Part shown: positions 40,258-54,461 of the stretch, in pieces | How the letters are laid out: each line of letters opens with the position of its first letter | Numbering within the stretch: the stretch's first letter is position 1 | Assembly: GCA_016748015.1 (NCBI GenBank) | Contig: JAAOMT010000723.1 | Span: 62,001-126,000 of the forward strand | DNA length: 64,000 bases | Source: Geosiphon pyriformis uo1 | Taxonomy: Eukaryota > Fungi > Glomeromycota | Direction of reading: 5' to 3' | Notes under the pieces: generated by a model | What the model was told of the DNA's origin: nothing | What the model saw: the letters and a program-made list of their open reading frames with translations, nothing else | Databases searched by the model: none | Made by a program: the position numbers and the translations under genes

Positions 40258-43200
40258 TTAACGAGTGCAGCCCAACCACTATTTTTTTCTAAAATTATTT
40301 TACAATAATTAATTAGCTTTTTTAAAATTAAATTTTTATCCATTTTTATTTGCTTTTTATGTGCCAATTTTAATTGATAATTTATTAAGCAATTTATTTT
40401 ATTTTTTGTATAAACTATTCTATAATCAGTATTAAAAAAATTAAATATGTTTATATTTTTAACTTTTAACATTGAATTAAACAACTTTTTGTTAAAAAAA
40501 AATATAATTTATAGGATTTTTAACTCCTTTTAAATTATTTTAAGTTCAGTCTTGTGTTTAATTTCTGTTTTATAAACAATTAAACATGTTTATTCTTTTT
40601 AAGTAACCAATGTTAATTAATTTTTTTGTTTTTTCTTTTTTATTGAAATTGCTATCAATAACAATATATGTATATTTTTTATTAGTCTTAAAAATAAATT
40701 TATTACCAAATAATGCTTGATTTATTTTGTTTTTTATTAATGTTTTTGTGTATATTCTTATAGTTAATTTGTTTATCTTGTTTTTGAAAGCAGTTTAATA
40801 TTTAGAAGTTTATTAAATATTTTTCTAACTCGACTAATATGTTTGGCTAAGCCAATATTAAGTATTATTGTTACTTTCATTTTCATAAAATCTTTATTTA
40901 ATTATGATAATTATATGTTTCCTTTTTATTGTATTATTTTAGCATATTTGTTTGTTTTGCTGAATTTTTTATTCTTTTTATATTACAAGTGATAATTTTT
41001 TATATATAATTGGCTATAAATTAATTTTTATTTAGTAATTCACTTTTTTTCTCTTAAAATTTACTCTGGTTTTAATTTGAGCTACTATTTCTTTTAAGTT
41101 TGTATTTCTTTTTTTATATTCTGTTTTTATTAATATTTAGTCTTTTATTTTGGCATTTATTACAATATTATACTTTTAATTGAAAATAAATTTTCATTTT
41201 TTCAACATATGTGGTTTATGCATTCAGTAATTTTTTATTAAAAATATCATTTTTTACTTACAAACCTTTTTACTTGGTCTGTTATTTTAACAACATTTTT
41301 ATTTTAAATAAATAAATCTTACTTTCATATTATCAACCATTTTTCATTTTTTGCATTTTTTTATTATTATTATTAGTAGTACCAAAATTAAGCATCTCAC
41401 CATTAACTATTAAGTTCAAGTTTTTTTTTTACTAAATAACATGAACTTTATTCTTTTTTTGCGTAAAGTTTTCTAAAATTGAATTAACCTTTTTCCATTT
41501 TTAAAGAGTTTGGGCTTTTTAATCAAATCTAAAAGACCAAAAAAACATTAACTATTTTCATGCTGTTTAGTAATATAAAAATTTAGAAAACACTGATTTT
41601 TTTAAACGTTGCTTTTTTTTAATTCTTTTCATGCCAAAAAATAACTTTCGCAAATATTTTCTTAGCATAGTGGTTAAATTTCGACGAAGCATACAAGTTT
41701 TTGCTTCCATTTTTTTAATATAATTTTATAAATTATGTAATATTATATCATTAGACAAATTAATTAACAATACCTTATATCTATTTTGATTATTTTATGT
41801 TTTGTTTTCAACAGTTTTGACAACTTACATAATATTATTATGTAATAAAAAAAAGACAACTCTTTAGCAATTAATGAGGTTATTCAACTTTGGCATATTC
41901 TATAATAGTTTTCCCTAAAATTTAATAAGCTGTATTTTAATTTTTTTCATTTTACCAAAACTTGGATACAATAACTTCTATAATCATATGAAATGTATTT
42001 AATAGAATTTTTTTTGACAATCACTTCTTTGTTATATCTCCGATGGTCTAATTTAATTTTACTGTTTACTTATAATTCGTTTTCTTAGTTAATTTAATTG
42101 TATGTGACTTAATAGCTTTAAAAATAAACACTGCTTTTATAATATTTTTGAACTTCAAAAGAATAATGGTTCTTTTCCCAAATCTATTAATTTTACTAAA
42201 TAACTTCCTTATTTTTATTATTTTCAAAATAGCTGTATTCTTTTAACAACAAAGTAATTAATATCAAACATAAATAATTTTCTGGTCTTTGTTATTATAA
42301 TTCTTATTTAAACCAAATTTTTTCTTACTTTTTTAGTTGCTTTTAGCGTACTTATGTTCTTTTTCATCTTTACAACATTATATTAATGTTTTATTTTCTT
42401 TTGCGCTATTACTACTATTACTGCATAAAAGTTTTTTTTGACATCTTTTAGTTTCAAGTCTTTAGCCCTAAGGTTTTTTTTGACCATTTTATTCTTAAAT
42501 AACTTTTTTTTACAGCAGTTAAACCTTCTTTTTTGGTGGTTTTTACATTCTTTTTGTTATTATTCCTGTTTTTTCAATACTAAAAAGTTTCTTAGCCAGA
42601 ATATACAATAGAGATATTTTAAACAGTCTATATAAATAAAAGTATAATTACTGAATATAAATTAAAATTATTTTTTTTTGCTTTTCTAATTTGGCTTTAT
42701 GAGATTAACAACAAAGTAATATTTAATCTTTTTGTTAAAAGCATTATTTTTAAATACCTATAGAATTTATCAAACTTAACAACAGTAATATAATTTTATT
42801 GATATTTAAATTTACTTTTGATTTTTTGATTAATAACAAAAAGCTTAATGGTTTTATCCAATCTATTTTAAGCTACTACATAATAATATGTCATTAAAAT
42901 GGTGTTGTTCACAAAATTTTGGCTTAAAACTTGGCTTTAACATTTATTCTTTTAAATTTATTTATAATTTTAATATTGTCACTATTGTGTTTTTTGGTAT
43001 TTAATTTTTTTATAGTAATTTTAAACAGAATAAATAACAAAAAAGTTATATATTAAAACTGTTTAAACTACAAAGTAAATATAATATAGGAAATTATTTT
43101 ATAAATTAAAAAATTAAAAAAAATGTATAGTATTAAATTAATGGTTAATTGTATCAATTTTATAATTTTGATTAAAAAAGTTATTAAGTATTTGTTTTTA

Positions 43201-46200
43201 AACAAGAACTAGTTTAATATTATATGTTATAAAAAATTAACAATTAGATTTACTTAGAACACAAAAAACTAAAAATAATATAGCATAATTTTTGCAAAAG
43301 TTTATAAAAAATACATGTATTTAAATACTTAATTTAAAATTCCAAAATTAAAAGAATAATAAATATAAATATAAATTGGAAATAATATCTTTTGATATAT
43401 ATCTTCAACAATTTTGATCTTTGTTTTTTTGTTAACTCTAAAATTTTGTTTTTAACAGCCTCCAAATTTTTGTGAAGACAATTTTTTATTTCAAAATTAT
43501 GTTTACATCTATTTTTTATTTTTTATTTGGTTTTCTGTTTGGCTTCATTAATTTTAATTTTGACTTAATTATTGTATTAATATTTTGATTTATTCTGTTT
43601 TTTAATAAATAATTAAAATTTTTCTGATATTATTGTAATAGTATGTTAATATTTGATTTTAATGAGTTTTAATTTTTTGAAACAAAATTTGAGTTGGTTT
43701 CAATAATAAAGAAACAAGCAAACAAAACATTAAGGATGAATGAATTTATTAAGAAATTAGAAATTATAATTAATTTAAAATCTTAAAGTCAAAATAAAAA
43801 TTATAAAAAATTATTTTTAAATAAAGTTGAATTAAATTTAATAGAAAAATTTTTTATAACGATTTAACTTTCATTTATTTGACCTGTCCGATTATTCAAA
43901 CTTAAATTAGATTTACTTTTTGAAAATAAACTTTATTATGACTCTGAATATTATAAAATTGAAGAATTATTAGATCTAAAGATGAAATATTGTTAAACAA
44001 TTATAATTTTTTTTATACTATGTAAAAGTTGTAAAAATATTTTAATAATAAATTTATTGATTAATAAAATTTATTTTAATATATTGAAATAAATATAATA
44101 AACACTATAATTAATATATTTTATATTTAAAATATATTAAATGAATATTTATTTTGGTAAATTACAAAATACTTTATTGAACTACTAAATATATTAAAAA
44201 ATTACTTAATATTTTGCCTGAATTTTTAATATTAATATTTGATTTACTTAAAATATTTATTAAAGGTTAAAAAGAATATAGTATGTATTTTTTTAAAAAA
44301 AATTATAATGTTAAATTTCTTGTAAGTAATAGTATTTTGAACAGTTTATTGGTTTTTTGAATTTGCAAACTTTTAATATAAATTTAAACAAAAAAAATAT
44401 CAAATTTTATATAGGTTAATTTTTTGAAATAATTAAACTTTAAATTACTTTATAAATAAAAATTCATTTTTAATGTTTATAAAATAATTATAATAAAAAG
44501 TCATATTTTCTTTAGTACAATTTTTACAACTTGTAATCAAACTAAAATTTTTAAAAATTTACTTATTTTGAATATTAAAAAAAATGTCTTTTTGGTATTT
44601 ATATGAAATTTTTTAACTTAAAATTTGCTTTTACAATATAACTAAAGGCTTTATTGTTTATTAAAACAAAAAATTATTTTAAATCATTTAACTAAACAAA
44701 ATAAAATATTATTAAAAATATCAAATTTAAATTAAAATATGCTGTTATTAAAAGTTTTAGTACAGTTTTCTAAATATTGTTGATAATAATTTTGTTGCTA
44801 ATAAAAACTATAAAATCTTTGATAATATATTTATTTTTAAAATATCTTTCTATAATTTGAATTTGTAAAATATTGAATTTATAATAAAATAATCAATTAT
44901 ATACCGATAAACTTAAATGTAATTACTTTGTAATAAAAGTCAACTTTTTTACAGAAAATTTTGATTGTAAACTCTTTAATAAAATAATAAATTTGTTTTT
45001 TAAAATTAATAGCTAATTAATTTCAAAATATAAGTTTAAATAATAAATTTTAAAACAGTAAATAATATTAATTTTTAATAATTAATTAATCTTAATATAT
45101 TTTTCAAAGAAAAAAGCTTTTTATATATATTTATTTACAAATTTATTTCAAAATTTAATTATTTTTTTGCCAATGTTTTTATGAAATTTTGAAAATTAAA
45201 TATATATTTTAGCGAACTATAAGTTATTTTATTAAATTTTTAAGTATTTTGCTAAATTTTTAAATATTTTTGAATGTTATATACTTTAAATATTGCATTT
45301 AATTATACTTGTCTATTAGATAAGCTAGATTAATATTAAATAAAAATAATTAATAATTTGGATAAATATTAAGTAATAAAATATAAATTATATTATATGT
45401 TAATTTATAATAAAAACTATAAAAATAATTTTATGTTAATTGATTAGTCAATTTTTGTTAAATAATAATTTTAAGATTAAGTAAAAAACAGATACTTATT
45501 TTATTGAAAACATATAATAAAACTTAATTCAATTAATTTTTTTTATTTATATTATTATTTATTTTTTACAAACATAATAATATGGTTTTTTTTGCTTTAT
45601 AAGTTTGTTAAAAAATTACTATAACATAGTTAATTTTTTTATTTGAAATATTCTCACTTACTGTATAAATTTATTTTTCAATACTTTTTATTTATATATT
45701 ATATCTGTAATTGTTTTATTAAAGCAAAAATTCAAACTAAATAAAATTTTGCTCTTTGATAAAAGTTCTAATATACTTTGTTATTTTTTTAACAAATACA
45801 TTAAAAAAATTAAATAATAATAATATAATCTTATATTAAAGTTTTTTGGATTTAAATAAGATAATACTTATTTATTTTTTTCAAATTACATAAAAAATAA
45901 AGAGATACAATTATATATATTATAATATTAGGCTTATTAAAAAGCTTAAAACATTATGAATAGAAATTTCCATTTGCGAACATAATTGTTTTATTTCAGT
46001 GTATTTATAAGTAATTAATTATAGATACAAAGTAGTTAAGTTATATTTACGTAAATTGTAAATTTTTATTTATAAAAATATGTTAAAAATAATCAAATTT
46101 TTAATAATTTAAAAAATTACAAAAAAAATTGGTAATAAATTTTGTACACAATTTTTGTTTTGATTTAACTTTAAGATATGTAATTACACAAAATAAAAAA

Positions 46201-47000
46201 AAAAATTTTTTAAAATATATTTTTTTTAAATTTGAAATAACATTTAAACTAAATAATCATATATTTACAAGTTATGATATTATTAATACCAAAAAAATTT
46301 TATTCTATTTTAGTTTTTAAAAAAATCATAATTAAATGATATCAAAGATAATATTGCCATTGGTTGTAAAAAAAGTGTCACATTTAATTATAATTGGATT
46401 GACTTATTAAGAGTTACAACACTGTACACTGAATTGCAATTAATTAAAAATTTAAAACAAGAAAATAGTATCTTTAATTTAAAATAAATATTATATTATT
46501 ACACTTATTTGCATTTTAAAATGTTTGAAAATAAAATTGGTTTATAGTAAATAAAAATTTTATATCACGAAGATTTATTTTCAAAAAGTTGAAAGCAATG
46601 GCTGATAAATACTTACCAAAAATATTATAAAATCAAATTAAAATTTTTGAATTTTTCTCATATTGTTATTTGTGACAAATGCCAATAAATTAAACAACTC
46701 TGAATTTTTATTTATGAATTGTTTATTTATTTTTTGCCAAATACTTATTTACAATCCAACTGCTCAAAAAACCTAAATATCTGAGCTTAAAATATCTATT
46801 GAGACTTTTGAACATTATTCTGATTAGATTAATATCTCATTCTCACATTGTACATATCAAATAAAAGTTAGAGAAAGTATATTAAATAAAATTTTTGACT
46901 TTAATTTATATATATTAGAAAAAACTCAATTTATTTCAATTTAAATTGTCTTCTTTCTTGAATACATTAATAATGAAAACCTAAAAAAGAATAAATAACA
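40258..47000. mobile_element. Block of extremely AT-rich decayed repeat/TE sequence, family unassigned
   Basis: Begins at the terminal motif TTAACGAGTGCAGCCCAACCACTA shared with the relic ending at 26945. No credible ORFs; strong G/C depletion. The right limit is approximate and the block is probably several nested elements. Confidence 0.45.
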
Positions 47001-48298
47001 TAATAGCATCCGAAGATTGAGCTTAAAAGGTTTTTTTCAAAGTAAAAGCTTTTATTGTTTCTTTCAAAAAATTTAAAAAGACTGTTTAGTTGAAAGACCT
47101 TTGCTATATATAAAAATGGAATGGAAATTCATACTTTCATTTCTTTTTTTTACATCGACTTGATTCTTCTGGACGCTTTAATTGTAATTTTTTAATTTAA
47201 ATACAAATCTTTAAACTTTGTTTATAATTTTAATGGTATTGTAGGAGTTTATTTTTATTTTTCGAATATCTAATTAGAGAAATATCCAGTGCACGAATTT
47301 TAAATTTAAATCAATTTTATCATTATCCTAGACTATAATCATTGCTAATCGAAAATTGATTGCCCCCCCCCCATAATGCAAATTCTAACAGGATAATTCC
47401 TTTCAGAATCGACCAAGTATCAATTAACCTTGAAAGTTAAAAGGGAATGTTGGATATAGTTATGTAAATTCTTATCAGAATCCTGCTTAATTGCTGCAGG
47501 ATTGATGAATTTTATGCTTTAATGCTTTTATTAAAGAAATTTTAAATCAAAAAGATTGCTCACATATTTTAAAATAAAAAGCGGCATTTTGAGACACGAA
47601 TTCTAATTCATTCATTGTACCATTGATGAGCAGAAAACATACTCAATAGCCCAATTTTGGGAAAATCTTCTTTGGAAGTATTCAAAAATGAATCTGGCTA
47701 AATTATAAACTTATGCTTTTTTAAACGATGTGAATTTCCCTAGTTGTCATTTATTCCAAAGCCAAAATTCGATCTTCGAACTCTATAAAATTACTAATTC
47801 CCTTGAAAAAATGTCAATTGAGTATGAAAAAAGTATTATCAAGTTCAAGAAAACAGAGCCTTTGCAGTAACCTCAGATTTTCTTTATTCTAGTCTCTTTT
47901 TGTTACCCTTAAAATTGATATCCGAATCTTTTCCTGCTTTGAAATATATAGAATTCAGACGCGTGATGATAAATTTATCGATTAAGTTAAATCAAGTACC
48001 GCGTCTTGAACTCGATACTTATTCAAGATGATGTAAAACTATAAAGTAAGGGTTAAATCCGCTTCTATCAGTACTGAGGAGTTAGCAAAGTGGCAACATC
48101 ACTGATATAGATATTTCTAAATACTGCTCTACCTGGTAATCAATTTAAATAAAAAAGTCGCCGGGCATGATACAATTCACAATGATATCTTCCTGCTCTT
48201 TACATCAGATAATTTATTTATTACAAATTCCCTTTTTTTCTTAAATTTAGGATCAATTTTTGTCAATAATTTGAAATTTTTTTAATCTTCTCTCTATT

Positions 48299-49761
48299 AT
48301 GTCCCATGGTCAAAAGCCATTTAAAGAAGCAATCAAAACTGCGGCCGAAAACGTGTTCAAGGCTTTAGCTCAAAGATATAGATCATTTGCGGCAGTTGAC
48401 GGAAAATTGAAGGCAATTGTGAAGGCATTAATTATTATGAGAAATATTCCCTCAACTTCTCGCGAGATTTACGAGTGTGTCAAGGATTTCTCGCTTTGGT
48501 TTTTTGGGTGAGTAGGTGAATCTAAGATCAAAGAAAATATTATAAGCATTATTTGGTTTTGGGAAAGTTACACTTGTATGCCTGGAATTAGGTTTGCTGC
48601 TGCAATGCTGAAATTATGATACCAATATCACCATTACCCTGAGTATCAATGGATCTTGAAGTTTCATTTTTGAATTGCTAACTTTTGTAAAATATTATTT
48701 ATCTGCCTGCTAGAGGTGTAACACCGTGGCAGTCTGTTTCGGGGTTCATATCAACATATTTTAAACAAGTTCAACAGGGCCAAGTTTCAAACCCTGTTCT
48801 CGCAAGACAGGATGACTCGAGTTATAAAAAGCGAAACTTTACTTATTTACTTTTAGACCCAGACTTTGCAATACCATCATTAATCGAAGAGTATTTCCCT
48901 AGTCGTAGACCTTTATGGCCCGAATATCAATTGGATACTAGTCTAATGTCTCCTGTGGACATATGTTGGCAAAACAATGCAGAAAGGGCATATGCGGTGG
49001 TGCCAAAACTAAATCAAATTGATAATGACGACGAAAAATCACCCCAAGAAAACCTGAAGCAATTCTGTTTATCAATGTCAATCTCTGATGACACATCAAA
49101 AGCTTTCACAGAAAATGTCTTACCTAATGGATTAAGTCCAAAGAGAGAGCATTCCGATTTTGAATTGTGTGGCAATAATATTCCTAGAAAAAAACAACAC
49201 ACCCAATTAAATGAAGAATTAAAAAACCAGAAAATTTCCACAACACCAAATATAATAAAACCTTATGTGATTCCCTTTCCAGGAATCTTGATAGAATCGA
49301 TCCATGAGACGCTGCTTTATCGAGCCAATATTATTACTGGCTCCAAAATGATCTGTCAGTATCGGCGCTTTGATAACAGTTTTGTATACAAGCCTGGGTT
49401 GTTAAGGCTTGGAGGAGTAAGGGTGAGGCTGAGTGAGAAAATAACATGGTAAATATTAACAAGTATCATTTTTAATTGACTACACAACTTTTATTATTGC
49501 AAATTCGGACAGAGCAGTTATTACAAATCTAAATTTCCGACTCTGATTCTCTTCAACCTTCAAAGGATACCTTTGGAGGAAGCTGAATTGTTAGCCCAAA
49601 GTTTAAGAATTGAATTTTTATTAGGCCATTTTTTGGATCCTCACCTATACGACTATTTTGACAAAGAGTTAAATCGTGAGATGAACTTTGTTCGAGAGAT
49701 GTCCGGAAGAGCCTGGAAAAGGTTATGTATAGATCCGAAACTGGTGATGGGAGGAACGTAA
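48299..49761 (+). CDS. Transcription factor with N-terminal HARE-HTH/GDS1-like winged helix and C-terminal APSES/KilA-N-like domain, 379 aa, 3 exons (48299-48507, 48714-49448, 49566-49761)
   Basis: Introns GTGAGT..TGCTAAC..TAG (48508-48713) and GTAAAT..AAG (49449-49565) restore one frame: AIVKALIIMRNIPSTSREI...FG|GVTPWQSVSGFISTYFK, and RRFDNSFV...LLRLGG...TW|IPLEEAELLA...FL...YF. Confidence 0.8.
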
Positions 49762-52700
49762 ATGTTTATATGTAAATTATCAACTTATTTTTTCGAACTT
49801 TAATGTATATATACTGAAAGCATTTCAAGATTGATAATGATTTCTTTAATAGTCAAGGCTAGCACTTGGAACCTTTTTGATATTTCAAAAACCTATTAAT
49901 AGACTGCATGCTTTCAATGAATTTCCCTGGCTTTATCAAAAATAACCTTTTATTTTTCCCTCGATCAACGCAGATGCATCCTCATCATCCAATTCAATCT
50001 AACCAAAGAACCATGAGCAGGCTACATTAAAATATTCAATTTCTAATTTATACCAAAAATATTTCTCCTTATGAATTCATATCCGGTTAAAATCCGAGAG
50101 CCGAAAAAAAACTATAGAGGCTTTTGTTAAAAATCAATGCAAGAAACATCCATTTTGCCCTCAGCATTAGCAATCTTAACAACATTGTGAAAATCTTTCA
50201 ATCAACACAAGTAAGGTTATAAAGACATTTATTTCTTGAAAAATTAGTATATATTTGCATTTAAATAAAAAAATTTTGGGTGGTTAAATTTTTGAAATTC
50301 TATCCCTGAAAACATTACAACACTCCGACTTGGGAAAGGAAGCATTAATATCTTTGTTCCTTATAAAAAAAACCCTAAAAAATTACACTGAACTATTCCA
50401 ACATGTCTTTGAAGTTTACTTCCTCTTTGGCTAAAGGCAAAGCTTAATGTCCATTGATAAATTTTCTCTCTCTAACTGTATTTTCCTGGCCTGAAACAAA
50501 TGCTGAGGTGAAGCAAAATTTCAAAGGTTAGGCTCAGAGGCAACAACTTAATGAGCAGTATGTAAAATAAAATTTAGCAAATACAGGTATAGGTAACTTT
50601 GAGAGCATTTTAATGAATAATTCGACCCTCTTGGTTTTTGAAATGCAGCTATAGCTGTTGCTACTTTTAAAATGGCAGATTCAGAGCAGGTTTTGCTACC
50701 TATTTTTTGAGTCTCAGTCAGCAGCATAAGAAATCACAAACTATTTTCTTTTTTAAATTATAAATGAAGTTTATAAATAAAACAAGATTGCTTAGTGATT
50801 ATCTTTAAAGTATATGACTAAGCTGTTGCTTCAGACAGTTGAAAATTACAAACCCCGAAAGGGCGATGACTAAAATGCCTTGCATAAAATACTAAAAGAT
50901 TTTTTACATACAAATAGCATTAGTGTTTTTAATTTTAAAGCTATAAATTTTTCATAGGTATTTGTCAACCTTCAAAAATTACAATGCATTATAAAAATCT
51001 TAATATTAAATTTCATTTTTGTTCTTTCTAACGTATATTCAAGTAAAGATTGCTCATCCATCAATTATGAGCTATCCCTTACATCTTCTTAAGCATTGAT
51101 TATAATGACAAAGAATTCATTTCATAAAAGATGCTGATACTTAATAATGAAAATATTATTATAAATAGATTTTTAATATTAAATATTCTATTTTGCATTG
51201 TTAAAATTTATTTAGTTAAATTCATATTGTTCTTAATCACATTTTTTATGCATATTATTTTAACTCAACAAAATCTTAATTGTTAATTAAAAATTTAAAT
51301 ATTCAATAACAAATTTATTTAAATAGCAGTTTTTTATTTTTTTATATGATAATAGAAAAAATTATTATTTTTAAAAAAATTTTAAGACTCAAAATTGTTA
51401 AATTTTTATAAATTAATGATAAAACTTGTCAATTAACAAGAAAACTATTAAAAAAAATTTATAAAAGTTAATTAAAAAATATAAATTAATTATTGTAGCA
51501 TGAAAAATTATACAAAATATTACATGAAAAATATTTTGAATTAAACAAAAGTGAAAACTTTAAAAAAATATAAATTTTTACATAAGAGAATTTTCAATGC
51601 TGAAAATAAAATTTAAATCTAAACAAAAATTTATTAAAAAAATTAACATTTGAAAAACTTTTTTTTTTAAGTATAAATTAATCTAAAAAAAATTTTTATT
51701 TACATAATAAATTGTTTACTTATTAATTTTTCTTATTTTTAGCATGATAATTTCATTAAAATATTACACAAACATTATAAATATTTTATTGAAATTATAA
51801 AAATTACGTTTGCATTAGTTTTAAATTTGAAATCAAATTAACATTTTGTTATTACTAGAAGTCTTTGACTAAGTTTTTAAGAATAATTTAAACAAATTTT
51901 TTTTTTTGGTTAAATTTCTTTATTATATTTAATCACACTATTATCTTTTGATCAATTAATCTATAAAACTACATATTTTATATTTAGTTTATTTTTTTCC
52001 AAATTACTTTTTTTTTTTGATGATTTTAATTATATAATTTTACAATATAGCAACTTCAAACAAAATTAATATTGTTCTATTTATTCTTAATGTTTTTTAA
52101 TTCCAAAAATCAACAATTTTACATTATAGTGTCTCTTTTGATATGCGTGAGCAATTTCATTATCCACAAGTAAATCTGTGATTAATGCTAATTAATAACA
52201 TTTTTGTTGATTTTTATGATGGACAACAGAACCAATTGAAGCATAAAATTATCAAGAAGCCATTTAATAATAATAATAATAATAATATTGAATTCTTGAT
52301 GAGATTGATCAAGTTCATAGCTAAACTTGCAAAAAAAATTATACACATTTGGAATATTATTGAGATCAAATTTTGTACGAAACTTATTGAATCCGTGCCC
52401 AATAAAATATTAGATGATTATATAAGTGGAAACAAAAGATGGTAATGTAATAAAAGCAAATTAAAATCGTTTATCGTAACCCATATATTTGTGAAATAAA
52501 TCACTAACTCCTAACGAAAGATCTATCTTATTTTTTTCTCTCTTATCATCAATGTGATATCTAAATTTTCTCGGGTAGTATGATAAATTTTGCGAGTAAC
52601 TGTATACTCTAGTAATAACAATAGTAATCTGTGTTCTAATAACTAATATTGCATGTGGGTGGATTTTGTCAATAATTTTAAATTCATTATTTGAAATCTT

Positions 52701-52810
52701 AATTATTTAAGATATGGCTGAAAAAATACTTTTTTAAATCATAAATAACTTATGCATTGCCAAAAGGTTATATTTGTTTTAAGCAAAAATTTGAATTTTC
52801 TAACCCAAAA

Positions 52811-54461
52811 TCAATTCATTACGCTCGTAGAGTGTTTAGATGTTAGATCGGTTTTTGTACTGTTGAATATTGCAGGTAAAAATTTTGCCTCTTTAGGATC
52901 ACCAAATGGAGCCATTTGAAGCTTTAATTTGAGTACGCTTTCCTTTCCACTTGTGCACTCTTTGGTTGGATCCCATTCGGAAAATTTTTCTTGTAATAGA
53001 ATAATTTCTTTTGTAAGAGTATTAGAAGTCAAAATGTGAGGATCTGATAAAAGTCCACGAATTGCCCAAGGAAAGTAGAATTCATTTGGATAATTTCGGT
53101 GATCAAAATCTTCAAAGATGGGTTCTACTTGATCAATTCTCTTAGATTCAAAAAGGTGTTGAATCGAATATCTTCATTTTTAAAAGATAAGATTGGGTGT
53201 AAAACAGCCCATGATTCGCAAAGACAAAAGTAACATGATTGGGTAAGCTTACTTGTAAGTTTCAGGCTCCGTGTAGATCCGACGATGCCCACCATCTTTC
53301 AGGTAGCCGACAATTGAGTCACTGATATACAATAAGAGGTTTTGATCCGACAAGCCAGAGTTGCGAAGTAAAATGAGGTAACGAATAAGATCAGCTATAA
53401 ACTGCCGGCACCTATATGCATCTTCGTTAATGTAGATACAACGAGTTATCGCTGGATGATTAAAGTTAACAAAAAGAGACGAATGTAACTAAGGGACCAA
53501 AGAGAAATGGTATTAATCATATGACACAATTAAAATATTACTTTTATAAATAAATTTAGCAAGATACCGGAACGACTTCATCATTTCCCGAAGCCATGTA
53601 AACAATTTTCACTCCCTGGATTAAAACATTTCGGGTCGCATCTCGATACCTTTGAGCAAGTTTACTCTGGGAAAATTGGAACTGGAATAATTCAATTGTT
53701 GGCAGGTCATTTAGCACTATTCCTTCAATTTCAGCGGCGAACCTAAAACCTGAAACAGGCCCTTGATTGATTCCAGCCATCAACAAGGCACAAATTTGTT
53801 GATTTTTTGAATTCAATATCTCGGAATCGAGTAACATCGAAAGTAATAGTATGCTAGTTGGTACTCCTTGAGAGTGAGATACAATGAAGATAAATTTTGC
53901 TTCTTCCAAACTTTTTCTTTGGGCTATGTTGGTCTTTATATTTTCATAATATTTTTCCACCCTATCTTCAACTTTGCCATGACCTGATAATGAAATTTTA
54001 GTAATATTGGCTTCTTCGGATTTTATTTTTAAGTATTCACAAATGGAATCTTTCATTTTTTCGCAAAACAATTCGGAAGGTGGAGTAGGATAAAGTTTTT
54101 GCAAGAGATTAGGCATCCATCCGTGAATTCCAATAATTGCGATAGATTGCCTTTTACTGGACTTTGGAGGAAGTTTAATAGCTTTCCCAACAGTATTTAA
54201 ACTGGTATTTTCCACAACAATTTCACGAGATTGAGTTTTCATCTGAAATAAATCTTTATGGTCAGATATTTTGCTAGATGTTATTCCACGATAATTCTCT
54301 TCTCGAGATTTATGGGGAAAAATTTTATTTATATTCTCTTTAATGGCAACGCTGGATTTAATAAGTCCCCTAGGATCTTCAATATTGCGGGATCTGGGTA
54401 CTGTTGAATCAAAATCTCTTTCTTTGATAACAATAATATCATTAAACGCTGGGAGAATCAT
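52811..54461 (-). CDS. YML020W-like alpha/beta hydrolase, ~496 aa, 3 exons (54461-53568, 53488-53253, 53171-52811)
   Basis: Motifs IGIHGWMP, GHGKVEDRV, nucleophile elbow SHSQG, MAGINQGP, ASGNDEVVP|LHSS, LRNSGLSD, GGH..IY, FPWAIRG, WDP. Two GT-AG introns (53567-53489, 53252-53172) keep the frame. The true start may lie in an unseen upstream exon. Confidence 0.88.
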
